A DNA stretch of 46,887 nt from Octopus sinensis. Taxonomy: Eukaryota. The DNA lies in assembly GCF_006345805.1 (NCBI RefSeq), contig NW_021834618.1, forward strand, positions 1 to 46,887. Reading direction: 5' to 3'. The notes below the pieces were generated by a model. The model was given only the letters and a program-made list of their open reading frames with translations. It searched no databases and was not told the origin of the DNA. Shown here in pieces: positions 26,422 through 36,236 of the stretch. Every line of letters starts with the position of its first letter. The first letter of the stretch is position 1. The position numbers and the translations under genes were made by a program.

Positions 26422-27083
26422 TTTAGAGACAAATCCACTATTTTGTAAATCAAACAAGGAAAGACTTAATCAATACATAAAAAAATTTTAATATAAAGTA
26501 AATAAATCGCCACTACAATTGTTTCCTGTCTTCAAATGACATTCATCAGGTGGATTTCATATCTAAAATATCAATTTTTTAAAAAATAAATTTAAAATGG
26601 CTAAAACTATAAATAATATAAATTTATCAATGAAAAAATATAAAAATATATAATCTATATATAATCTATATATAATCAATATATAATCAATATATAATCA
26701 AGAACTAAAATAACCTCTATAAACAATTGAATATAAAGAAACCTATTATTAAAGTTCTCATATTTAAAGATGAAGAATCTAATTTCAAAAAACAAAAAAC
26801 AAAAATAAAAACTACCAAATACCACATATATACCACCACAATACATTAATACTTAAACCCAACACACACACACACATATACAAATACCACATGCATTAAA
26901 CAAAACATACACAAATACGCAAATAAACACACACACACACAAACTTCCACACATACATATTTTGATTTACAAAATAGTGGTTTTTTCTCTAATTAACATT
27001 ATATAATATTTTACTATAAAATTGGATTCACTCCTAAATCTGATTTTTCTCTGTAAATTTGGATTTATTCCCTAATATTTTAT

Positions 27084-27116
<33 letters not shown>

Positions 27117-27890
27117 ATATATATATATATATATATACATATATACATATATATGTCTGGTTTTCTCTCCCACCCTTCCCTATTCTTCTCCTCTCCCTTC
27201 AACGTTCCCTCTCTCTTACTCCCCCTCCTCTTCCTCCTCGACTCTCTCGTTTCTGACACGGGATCAGAGGGAAGCCATCTTTCCAACTGCTATCTTCACC
27301 AAGATCAGACCACTTATACTAACTCTCTCATACCTTGTCTCCTTTAGCGTTCAGAATAATTTTTTCCATCGTCTTGATTACTTAACAGCCCTCATCGTTT
27401 GTTTTTACTGCGTTATTCTCTTTCTTCAGTCTTTTACTGTCTTGTTTTGTTCTTACTATCCTGTTCTTGTTACCAGTTTAAACCCCTCCGCAAAAAATCC
27501 CAAATTTTATTTAATTTGCTTTGCGGGAAGAACTGTTTCAATGAAGTCACGTCTTGTCCTTACCTTCGAACGCTGAATAGACGAAGCAGATACAACTGAA
27601 GAAGGGGAATATTCTTTGTGCTGTATGTCTTGTACTCTGTTTTTTCGTTGTTTGAAGAAAAAGTTCTTTTCCATGTTTTTGTTTTTGTATTTAAGTTTCT
27701 CATTGTGTTCGACGTATTTTTTTAAGTCTTGTACCCATATATGCATGTATATATACATATAGATGTAGGTGTGCACGTATATGTATGTATATATGCATAT
27801 ATTTATATTATTATATATATATATACATTATACATACATAAAAACATATATCGGAATACACACACACACACAACACACACACACACACCC

Positions 27891-27954
<64 letters not shown>

Positions 27955-28132
27955 ATTAATATACACAACAGGTTGCAATGTTTCCCAAGAACGAGGATTA
28001 TAGTTCATAATATAATCACCGTTTTTCGTGTATCATCTCTTTATTTCGCAATCACTCTATTCCGTCCCAATTTTTGTGTTGAAGCATACGTATATTGAGT
28101 TCTACACCGAGTTATTATATATTCATACATAC

Positions 28133-28179
<47 letters not shown>

Positions 28180-28180
28180 T

Positions 28181-28248
<68 letters not shown>

Positions 28249-29288
28249 CCGAGGATGACATCTAGAAGACTGGTTCTGTTTCATATTTTTAGAAATCATT
28301 AAACAGTTTTTCCAAGTTTTTAAATACGTTTTTACTGGCAAATATTTCAAAAGAAAGAAGGCTGGGAATACCACCTGATGATTCGAAACGTTAACTCAGA
28401 TTCCTGGAATAAGGGGTGACGGTGTGCTTTATGTCTTTATGTACATACATACACAAATGTCTGTGTGTGTGTGTGTGTGCAAATCTGTTTGAGTGTGTAT
28501 ATTTATGTTATATTTTCTTTACAGCTTCACTGTAAATTTGTTGAATGGTGACTATATACCTTTACATATTGATGTCCGCTTTAACTATCTGAGACATTGG
28601 AAACTCGTTGTTTATGACCACTATGACGGTAACTGGCTTAGACAACAAAGAATCACTAAATTTCCATTTTATTGTGATGTCCCATTTCAGATTGTGATAT
28701 ATGTAACTCCATATAACTTCCAGGTATGCTATATTATTTTCTTATTGACTATAGTAAGCGAGGGTGAATTAAAGCTGTTGAATACCGACATTTTGTAAAA
28801 TGAAATTTTTAGTATATGTGATTTGATGAAATTAGTAGTGAACTTAAGATTTGTCAAAGGTTGCATGTTTGTCAGATGGGTTATTAGTAATGATTAAGAA
28901 ATTGAAGTAGATATGAACTGAATATAATCAGTTATATTTATTCCATATTGTATTACATATTTCAAGGATAAAATTGCAAACGTAAAAAAACGAATTGAAT
29001 TGACCGCGTTAAATTCAATGTTTAGATAATGTCAGTCATCATGGCATCTTCTCATCTCAGCAGATAGATTATAAGACAAATATTTCCCATTAATCAGGAT
29101 TTAAAACAATGGGACATACACATAAATACAAAACATCTTTTTCCGTCGAGGGTTTATATGCCCCTACACTGGACTATTTTCTTTAGTCAAAACAGGGTGA
29201 TCGCTTATAAGATTTGAGCTTTAAGATTACAAATTATCGTTATTATTAATAGAATTGTCACTTGTTACTGCTTTTCACTTCATTGCAT

Positions 29289-29338
<50 letters not shown>

Positions 29339-30249
29339 TCAATTTAGGGTAGCAAAAAATTCAATAGAAATTTATCGCTACCAGCGGCCTAGTGGAAAAG
29401 AGAAAATAGTCAAAGACTAAATATATAAATATAACAATTTAGGAGTGACCTTAACAGGCCATTCGTCCACCAGAAAGAGCAGCCATAACTCACACCGCCA
29501 AGTAGTAGTAATTCAGAAATTAGGTGAAAATTTAAAAACATTTACCCTAATTCATCTTTTAGACGATGCATCGTTTCTGTGTTATTAATGATTAAATTAG
29601 CTTAATTAAATTAAATTAAGCTAATCTACCATAGGTCACACTTCATCAGTAAAAAACCTGGGAGAGACAAATATACACGAGGCGTCTGTATCGATGCCTC
29701 CGGAATATCTGTCTTAAAATTTTCAAGACCGACGTATTCGCGCCAAACTTATCAGCAGTAAATATAAACTGCCGATTCAATCTCAGAATTATTCAGAAAA
29801 TTATCAATTAGTCAATTTAGGGTAGCAAAAAATTCAATAGAAATTTATCGCTACCAGCGGCCTAGTGGAAAAGAGAAAATAGTCAAAGACTAAATATATA
29901 AATATAACAATTTAGGAGTGACCTTAACAGGCCATTCGTCCACCAGAAAGAGCAGCCATAACTCACACCACTTCCGGAGGCATCGATACAGACGCCTCGT
30001 GTATATTTGTCTCTCCCAGGTTTTTTACTGATGAAGTGTGACCTATGGTAGATTAGCTTAATTTAATTTAATTAAGCTAATTTAATCATTAATAACACAG
30101 AAACGATGCATCGTCTAAAAGATGAATTAGGGTAAATGTTTTTAAATTTTCACCTAATTTCTGAATTACTACTACTTGGCGGTGTGAGTTATGGCTGCTC
30201 TTTCTGGTGGACGAATGGCCTGTTAAGGTCACTCCTAAATTGTTATATT

Positions 30250-30334
<85 letters not shown>

Positions 30335-30343
30335 ATATATATT

Positions 30344-30390
<47 letters not shown>

Positions 30391-30905
30391 TAAATTAGGC
30401 AAATCAAGCAGTGAAAAACATAAACGAAAACATAAAAATAATATAATTAATATAATATACAAAATAGATAAAATTTAAAATTAAATCATTTAAAATTTTA
30501 AATTTTATATTTATATTTTTTAAATTTCAAATTTATAAATCTTTAAACTTTTAATTTTTAATTTTAAAAAAATAAATAAATAAATATAAATATTAAAAAT
30601 TTAAAGTTTAAAAATTTATAAACTTAAAGAAAATATAAAAAATATATAAAACTTTTAATATATAGAATTTTTAATTTAAATAATTTAATTTTAAATTTTA
30701 TATTTTATATATTTTGTATTTTATATTAATTATATTTATTTTTATCTCTTGATTTATGTTTTTCACCATTTGATTTGCCTAATAGTGGTTTATCTCTAAG
30801 TTAATTTATATTTATACTGTAAAATTTGATTTAATCCTAAATCTAATTTTTGGATTTACTACCTAATATTATATTATTATTATTATATTATTATTATTAT
30901 TATAT

Positions 30906-30948
<43 letters not shown>

Positions 30949-30956
30949 ATATATAT

Positions 30957-31011
<55 letters not shown>

Positions 31012-31812
31012 TCCCAGCACACATCACGTATATTACTGAACGCGAGATGCACGGTGGTATGCACTTGCCCATGAAGGCAGGCGGTGTAACTGGGCAAGTT
31101 GAAGCTTGTAATCAAACTTCATAATTATACATATATACCTACACATGGACTCTGTTATTACATTTGAGTTGCTTTCATTTGCAAGTGTAGTTCATAGAAC
31201 CTTATCAAACTTAGTAAACAGTTCAGATAGTATTTTGTCTTCGGGAGTAAAATCTCATTGACTTCAGCTTACGTAGATTTCTTTGGAAAGTGAAGTTCTT
31301 AGAGGAATAGGGACATATGAAGAATTGCCATTCTGCGAGTGACAAACCTAACGTATTGCCTTCAGGATTACTTGTACTGCTTGATCCCACTTAACGTTCA
31401 ATTTTACCTAAATCTATAAATAGAAATTTTAATCCTTACAAAGTGTTATCAATTGTTGTTTTATATGAATTTTTGAAGAATAGTGCGAGGCGTGTCCAAC
31501 TGATCACGTCTGACTGGATTTTATTTTTCAGCTTCTACTACACCACTTTCCTCAAACTTGCTGGTATGGAGGTCTCGTTTGTTATGGGCTTAAATCTCAA
31601 ATAAAAAGCAATATGTTTCAAATGTCTGATGCTGTTCTTATTATATTGAGAAAAGTTTTGATTTTAAGGAAATTAATTGTAGCTTTTCTCGTACAATTTA
31701 GGTTTATATTAATGGTAATTATAGCCACACCTACGATAATAGAAAGCGTTTCCGAGTGATTCAACTGGACATATTGAAAGAGGTTGAGGTTATTTCCGTG
31801 GAAATTAAGTGA
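6401..31812 (+). CDS. Spliced model of a galectin-fold protein (~224 aa): predicted signal peptide, P/S/T stalk, one CRD; join(6401-6517,9082-9147,11561-11605,14632-14685,19183-19265,28525-28723,31702-31812)
   Basis: All joins are GT-AG and phase-compatible (0,0,0,0,2,0) and the frame is open to TGA at 31810-31812. The last three exons rebuild a galectin CRD. The 5' exons are supported by splice signals and phase only. Confidence 0.62.
7613..7922 (+). mobile_element. Mariner 5' fragment (TIR-like start and transposase HTH)
   Basis: Starts cgaggggtggtcattaaag. ATG at 7785 gives [34 protein letters not shown]. Confidence 0.8.
9082..9147 (+). CDS. Galectin-like exon 2 ([22 protein letters not shown])
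   Basis: ttttctttctcaacAG| acceptor, GAC|GTAAGT donor, 66 nt, phase 0-0, open. Confidence 0.6.
9357..9460. repeat. (CA)n microsatellite
   Basis: Directly visible. Confidence 0.95.
9995..10345 (-). mobile_element. Tc1-like transposase remnant
   Basis: Minus strand: FFSD*INVD...[20 protein letters not shown], resembling FFSDE and WPPNSPDLNPLDYYVW. Confidence 0.55.
11561..11605 (+). CDS. Galectin-like exon 3 ([15 protein letters not shown])
   Basis: Pyrimidine tract then gAAG|, donor GAA|GTAAGT, 45 nt, phase 0-0. Confidence 0.55.
12040..12810 (-). mobile_element. Head-to-tail tetramer of SINE family A
   Basis: Unit anchors 'gattagatcga(c/t)ccc' near 12055, 12239, 12419 and 12637. The tRNA-like head on minus begins near 12800. 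Confidence 0.85.
12900..13660 (+). mobile_element. Decayed Tc1/mariner-superfamily transposase (DUF4817-type N-terminus)
   Basis: [26 protein letters not shown] resembles EVQRRFRREFQTEPPTR..I.RIRDK. Then WTD, HNC, and [20 protein letters not shown] resembling WIGRRGP.EWPPR. Confidence 0.7.
13732..13789. repeat. Perfect 25-bp inverted repeat with 8-nt loop
   Basis: gaatatacgagatggtatgacaaag-tccgtgat-ctttgtcataccatctcgtatattc. Confidence 0.95.
14095..14510 (-). mobile_element. tRNA-derived SINE (family B), diverged copy
   Basis: Homologous along its length to 42041-42492, including the internal (CA)/(TA) tract and the tail ...gtggccatgc(c/t)ggagcaccgcc. Confidence 0.85.
14632..14685 (+). CDS. 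Galectin-like exon 4 ([18 protein letters not shown]; alternative acceptor at 14623 adds ILQ)
   Basis: ttttcttttcaacAG|attttgcAG| tandem acceptors, donor CCT|GTAAGA, phase 0-0. Confidence 0.55.
15470..16040 (+). mobile_element. Decayed mariner transposase
   Basis: [79 protein letters not shown] (WVPH and VTGDEKW motifs). Confidence 0.9.
16560..17120 (-). mobile_element. Probable PLE 5' fragment (ORF N-terminus) with an internal ~90-bp direct repeat
   Basis: ORF 16751..17116 has [20 protein letters not shown], the 'FL..C....iiP' motif at PLE N-termini. 16762-16853 is repeated at ~16990-17085. Confidence 0.55.
17455..17906 (+). mobile_element. Possible non-autonomous Helitron-like element
   Basis: Starts tctatatctataaaa, contains gatcgagctgaaaattggc and ends in CTAG. 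The subterminal hairpin is weak. Confidence 0.3.
18380..18480. repeat. (CATA)n microsatellite
   Basis: Directly visible. Confidence 0.95.
19183..19265 (+). CDS. Galectin-like exon 5, CRD first segment ([28 protein letters not shown])
   Basis: ttctattatttacAG| acceptor, AG|GTAACA donor in phase 2. Gives the galectin spacing 'I.I.G + 8 residues + F' when joined to 28525. Confidence 0.7.
20197..20291 (+). pseudogene. Second galectin first-segment exon with damaged donor ([32 protein letters not shown])
   Basis: Strong acceptor ctttatttctctccAG|. Matches the NP.VPY...I......I.I.G motif. The expected phase-2 boundary is followed by GAGTTC instead of GT. Confidence 0.55.
20681..20971 (+). mobile_element. 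5' LTR of Gypsy element (TGTT...AACA)
   Basis: TG...CA termini with a 4-bp inverted repeat, immediately followed by a PBS. No 3' LTR found. Confidence 0.75.
20974..20986 (+). promoter_or_regulatory. Primer binding site TGGCGACGAGGAT (tRNA-Ser GCU)
   Basis: Complementary to the eukaryotic tRNA-Ser(GCU) 3' end ...AUCCUCGUCGCCA. Starts 3 nt after the LTR end. Confidence 0.8.
24355..24790. repeat. Two ~90-bp diverged direct repeats (24355-24450 and 24702-24790); inverted relative at ~27965-28000
   Basis: tttctagcaatgtagg(c/t)gtttcttaacac...gaaacattgcaac in both. acaggttgcaatgtttcccaag at 27965 is the reverse complement of the 3' part. Confidence 0.8.
24881..25210. mobile_element. Foldback element with ~120-bp imperfect inverted arms, set in (TA)n
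   Basis: 24881-24998 is the approximate reverse complement of 25092-25210 (e.g. ctactataagatgcagtgg / cctctgtatcttatagtag). Confidence 0.8.
25230..25950 (+). mobile_element. E1: ORF-less PLE pseudo-LTR-derived element carrying a hammerhead
   Basis: Homologous to the minus strand of 37239-37600 around the HHR and the end ...aatagtg(g)ttttt(a)tctctaatt. A shared tail ending ccta follows, then (TTA)n. Confidence 0.7.
25627..25726 (+). ncRNA. Type I hammerhead ribozyme (E1)
   Basis: gac-CTGAGGA-g tgac...gtca t-GAAAC-gtac-GTA-gtc. Stem III acgtacgt is palindromic. Predicted cleavage after A25723. Confidence 0.75.
26423..27080. mobile_element. E2: ORF-less element with 32-bp inverted ends, a 3' tail and a minus-strand hammerhead
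   Basis: 26423-26454 ttagagacaaatccactattttgtaaatcaaa versus reverse complement of 26961-26992 (2 mismatches). Flanked by (TA)n. Confidence 0.75.
26506..26557 (-). ncRNA. Compact type I hammerhead ribozyme (E2)
   Basis: Minus strand: aaatccac-CTGATGA-a tgtc atttgaa gaca g-GAAAC-aatt-GTA-gtgg cg attt. Stem III acaattgt is palindromic. Confidence 0.8.
28525..28723 (+). CDS. Galectin-like exon 6, CRD core ([66 protein letters not shown])
   Basis: Galectin signature F.VNL..G..I.LH...RF..VV....G.W....R...FPF....F.I.I.V. Acceptor ttttctttacAG|, donor CAG|GTATGC, phase 2-0 as in galectin genes. Confidence 0.9.
29557..29655 (-). ncRNA. Type I hammerhead ribozyme (E4, minus copy)
   Basis: Reverse complement of the 30022-30120 ribozyme. 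Confidence 0.8.
30022..30120 (+). ncRNA. Type I hammerhead ribozyme (E4, plus copy)
   Basis: tttta-CTGATGA-a gtgt..gattagcttaatt..aattaagctaatt..acac a-GAAAC-gatgcatc-GTC-taaaa. Stem III acgatgcatcgt is a 12-nt palindrome. Predicted cleavage after C30115. Confidence 0.8.
30395..30870. mobile_element. E3: AT-rich foldback element sharing the terminus and tail of E1/E2, no ribozyme seen
   Basis: ttaggcaaatcaa..gtgaaaaacataaa pairs with tttatgtttttcac..ttgatttgcctaa. Then aatagtggtttatctctaa and a tail ending ggatttactacctaatatt. Confidence 0.7.
31702..31812 (+). CDS. Galectin-like exon 7, CRD C-terminus ([36 protein letters not shown])
   Basis: cttttctcgtacaatttAG| in phase 0. Matches the galectin V.VNG.....Y..R....I..L.I..dV.I.SV pattern. 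TGA at 31810-31812. Confidence 0.85.
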   Translation, partial: VYINGNYSHTYDNRKRFRVIQLDILKEVEVISVEIK

Positions 31813-31943
31813 ACCTTTGTTCAAAACTGCCTGTCCTCCTCCTACTTTGCTCAGAGTAAATAACTAACACTAAAATATTTCGAAACTCTTACAGTTCGTA
31901 GAATAGAAACGATTTGCTAAAAGTAGAGTTGATTAAGCCTCCG

Positions 31944-31949
31944 AATAAA
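31944..31949 (+). promoter_or_regulatory. Candidate polyadenylation signal AATAAA
   Basis: First AATAAA downstream of the stop codon (~130 nt). Confidence 0.4.
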
Positions 31950-32039
31950 TTTGTGAATTTTACATCGTACGATGAACGTGATGTTGTTTGTTTTTATTTA
32001 AAAGTGTGCATACGTAAAAGAAAACTCGTTTCTCTAGCT

Positions 32040-32690
32040 CCATTTCGTTTCTCAGTCGCTGCTTACATCACAGCCTCATCCCTAAAGGTTTCCGCTTCCA
32101 TTTTCACCCCACTCTCTAATCTGCTCCAACCATTCTACCCATACTCTGTACTACATCCTATCGCCTTATGCGTGCCACCATTCGCTCTAATCTCTCCAAA
32201 ATACGCACCATCGATCGTCTTCTCCATCTCGCTTGTTCTATCTTCTCATCTCAGTCGCCCTACCATGCCAACACCACATTACGTTGCATAATCCATTTAA
32301 TTCATCTATTTCATCAATTTCTCGCTAACACCGAACAACATAAACTCCACTCATCCTCCATTCCATCACACCCGATGCCACTACCCCAACTCCTCTACTA
32401 CACCTCTCCCTCCCTGATACCCTCCTCCAAACACCCGTCCTTCCAGCCCCAACACATATACCCCCATCTCATCCCTCCCAGCCTTCCCCCATCCCCACCA
32501 ACCCTCTTACTTCTACCCAACCGCTCCTCTTAGTTCTATCCCGTCCACCCCTCCTACTTCTATCCCATCCACCCCCTTCACCACTTCAGTCTGTACTTAC
32601 CATTCCTCTAGATCTTCCCCTCTCTGAGGCAGAGCGCTCCCTCCTTAGTAAGTGTCTGTGCTACATTCCCCTCCCACATGGTTTCCCAAG
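32040..32690 (+). mobile_element. Probable PLE ORF N-terminal fragment
   Basis: C/T-rich L/S/P/T-rich translation ending LSEAERSLLSKCLCYIPLP, resembling the PLE motif LS..E.SVLSKGL.F.P.P. Confidence 0.55.
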
Positions 32691-35600
32691 TGAGTTATTA
32701 TTCTGTTGAAAACAACTCGAGCAAAGATTATGTCCTCTACAGATGAGAATTCAGTTACAAATGGAATCGATATCTTATATCTCGGAAATACTTTGATCTA
32801 CAAATTGCGTTCCAGATCCACTTCGTCCCACCGTACACAGACACACTGAACTTTATGTTCTCCTACCTTTATAGTTGCTCCTTTCCTTTTCACTCCGATT
32901 CTACCTACTGAATTACTGTATTTGTAAGTAGAAAATCCACATTTCTTCTGACATTCTGCTCCGCACCCAAAAGTTTTACTCTGTCTGCGCACTAACTTCG
33001 TCCGGGGTCTTTTCCGCCTTTCATTTGCATCCAATACGAAAAGGAGTCCTCACTTTGCTGAGAGCTGGATCTCTAAACTTGCTTGTTCTTAAAACCACAT
33101 GTAACGTGCTTGCATTGAATTCTTTGCCCACCGATGTCAATGACAGTGGTAGTTACCCTGAATGACCAAATAGTGCAATATAAAATGATATTCTTTTCAT
33201 GCCCAAGCTTTTCCTATAGTTATTATTCTTCATTTATTGCATTTGTCCATTCATTATAATTGCTACATCTTATACCACTAGCGGCTGCACAACACGTTAG
33301 TAAACTATATTGAAAACACAAGAGCCTTACATTTCCACATCTCAATGTCTCGTCTTTCACATATAATTCTTACACACTACAACGACTATCAATTACGTTA
33401 CCCTCGTATTACTATCCTGGATCTATTATTCCCTATCTTGAAACCCAAGGAATGTTCTCGCCATTTGCCTGAAACCATTTTCCATCCACCTTATATATTC
33501 TGCGGACACACACCTGCTTTTCTTCACCTTGAAAAACATCTGTGTTTAAAAAATCAGCTCTTCAATCTTTCACACTTATTTATCTGGTAATTCTCAGAAG
33601 ATTTACAATGGACTGTAATATCAGATGCTCTTAGCCTTGTCTTGAAACTAATGCGAAAAACTATCTTCAAATGTGAGATGCAGACATGCTAATCAAATTT
33701 GCTGCAATGTATGCAAAGCCGCCAATGAATACTTGGAATAAATACTACACGAAATAATTACAAGGAATCAGTTGTACTGAAATTTGAAAATATACAAGAG
33801 GCACGCTAATGCTTGTTTGATGACTGTTTCTTTATTAAATAAAATTTAGAGACACTTTAGCAGACTTGAGTATTCTTCTGAACAATTTTCACGAAATTCT
33901 GAAGTTTGCATAGGAGACGAACATAACAAAATTTTGGTTTCCCGAAATAACTGCAATTCTAAAAAAATACCAACATCATATATATATTATAAAGTCAGAC
34001 ACACATAGGTGCCAGGAATTTAAATCATTCAGTTTAGTACCTACAGATCGTAACATTCCATAGTGTATAGCCAGGAAAATTTATGTCATCGCTATTAGTA
34101 TCAGAAATGAACGACTCACAGAACAAATACAATTTTTGTTTCAGCAAAACAATCCGACGTAACTTGTACAAAATTTTATTGAATGTGTGAAACAAATACC
34201 TAAATAACAACTTGGAGTGACCTCTAAAATACGAACAGAAGCCATTTTATTGGGGGACTTAATCCACGTGATCAGAAAATGATTACCGTTGTCAAATCAA
34301 ACTTGCCAGTTATGAGGCAAATTGATAAATCAAATTATTTGATAACCAGTCAAACATGTTTAAATAAAAACTTGAGGCAGTTGAAGGCAAAGCCAAACTT
34401 TGATCTGAACTGTAAAAATATATATTGGCAAGACTAAGTTTCATAATCAAAACACATACGATTACACGATTAGCTAATTAGCGACTTTAATGTCAAATAA
34501 CTATCATTAAGTATCATTTGGAAATATGCTGCAATAAAACTGAACTTAATCATACTAACAAGTTTCGCTTTTGTTTTGTTTTTACACTTATTAATTATTT
34601 TACACTAACTCAGTTTTATAACCAATTCATTTACAGACTTTCAATTTCTCGAGATATTTTATAAAGGATTAACCAAACACTAAACAGCAAACACACTCAA
34701 ACATAAGCCATTTCAATTTAAAAATATGTTTCACCATTGTTATAGAACCTGCTCGCTGATAACCAATGTCTGTATTAGAGTATGGTTTAGTGTATGCTAT
34801 ATATTGCTTCCTTAATTTATTCTTTATACTGTCATAAAAAAACATCATCCCATTTCGATGTAAAATCTAAATCAAAGACAAAATTGTAAGTAAAAATATA
34901 TCGAGAAATATATATTTATCTATATACCTGCGCTTGTAAGAATTCTCTAGGAGCGTTATGAATTTATACTTCCTGTGTGTGAAACTTGTATTTTCCCCAA
35001 ATGTTTTTGGAGCAGGAACTGAACAGTACTAAACTGATTATACAGACTAGCTTTAACGTATTTTATTATCTCTACCACATATGACATAAACACGCAAAGT
35101 GTCACAGGCACAGACAGACACACACACAGAGTCACACACACACACTCAAACATATATAGAGAGAGCAGAAGATAAACGCATATACATATATATAATCACA
35201 AAGGCGCATACACAGCCACACACACACACTCTCATACACTGTTGAAATTTATAGGAAAACCAAAGGCGACGACAGGAGTATGAACAACAAACAATTGTGT
35301 TTTTTGACGCTCGAGAAAATGAAAATGATTCTTGTGTTTCGAGCCTACGCTCTTCAACAGAAAAGCATGAAAGAAAATAAACAGAGAGAAAATGAATAAA
35401 AAACTTATAGATTTCAGCGGTGCAGCACGACGATATATATCTGTGGAATTCGCTTATGCTGGGTTCCTGTCGTAAAGGACGTCCCTTTACACGAAAGGCA
35501 GATGCCAGAAAAAGAATCATGTGGGCATGTATTTGATTTTTTATTTCGTTGCATCTTGAAGAAATGTAATTTTCTATAGTATGTCGACACATAATTTGTG

Positions 35601-36192
35601 AGTACAAGTTGATGCAAACTGTATTGTAGACCATCAGATGGGTTGTAGGTATAGTCCACATATATAACCTTTTCACATACTATTTTACACTCAATGAAAC
35701 TGAGAATTACATAAAGATATCAGCGTGTGTGGGATGCTCAGTCATTCAGTCGCTTTATCAATGAGCATGAAATTCATTTGATCGAAGATCTAAAATCTCA
35801 TCTTTGAACTAGATGGAGATACACACGTATATACACTCGCAAGTAGATATAATAAACATTATGACTACATGACAGATATATATATATATATATATATATT
35901 GGTAAAAACGGTAATATAACAAAAGAAAGAAAGAGACCATGATATTATGTAAATATTTACTATGAACTTTTAACCTTATTTTAATTAGCGGTCATTGAAT
36001 TAGCGCTTTTATATAAGTAGCGGACTATAACACAGTAATTTCCCTTTGTATAACGGTCTTTTTTCGTAGCGTTTTTCAGATGGTCAGATACCCGAAGAGA
36101 TAGTGTTCTGGATTTCCACCTCGGCATCCGAAACTCAGAGTTTTATCTTGGCTACCGATGAATTGTCACATATTATTTTACACATACATATG

Positions 36193-36236
<44 letters not shown>

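Larger units (their letters stand above)
29335..30256 (-). mobile_element. E4: young ORF-less retrozyme/PLE-like element (473-bp unit, partial tandem copy, inverted copy)
   Basis: 29335-29496 is repeated directly at 29808-29969. 29421-29705 is inverted at 29972-30256. No mismatches seen by eye. Both flanks are (TA)n. Confidence 0.85.

Noticed and set aside
29098-29205. [23 protein letters not shown] as a candidate last CRD exon
   Set aside because: Only a weak register match; 31702-31812 is a far better galectin C-terminal exon.
29700-29807. Cluster of small hairpins in E4 as a second ribozyme class (twister, pistol, HDV)
   Set aside because: Hairpins exist but I could not match conserved catalytic nucleotides or pseudoknots; needs an Infernal search.
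31532-31563. Possible 32-nt linker microexon ([11 protein letters not shown]) with AG/GT ends
   Set aside because: It needs a phase-1 upstream donor; exon 6 ends in phase 0 and joins 31702 cleanly.
32798-33034. 78-aa minus-strand ORF with ordinary composition
   Set aside because: No recognisable domain, splice context or promoter.
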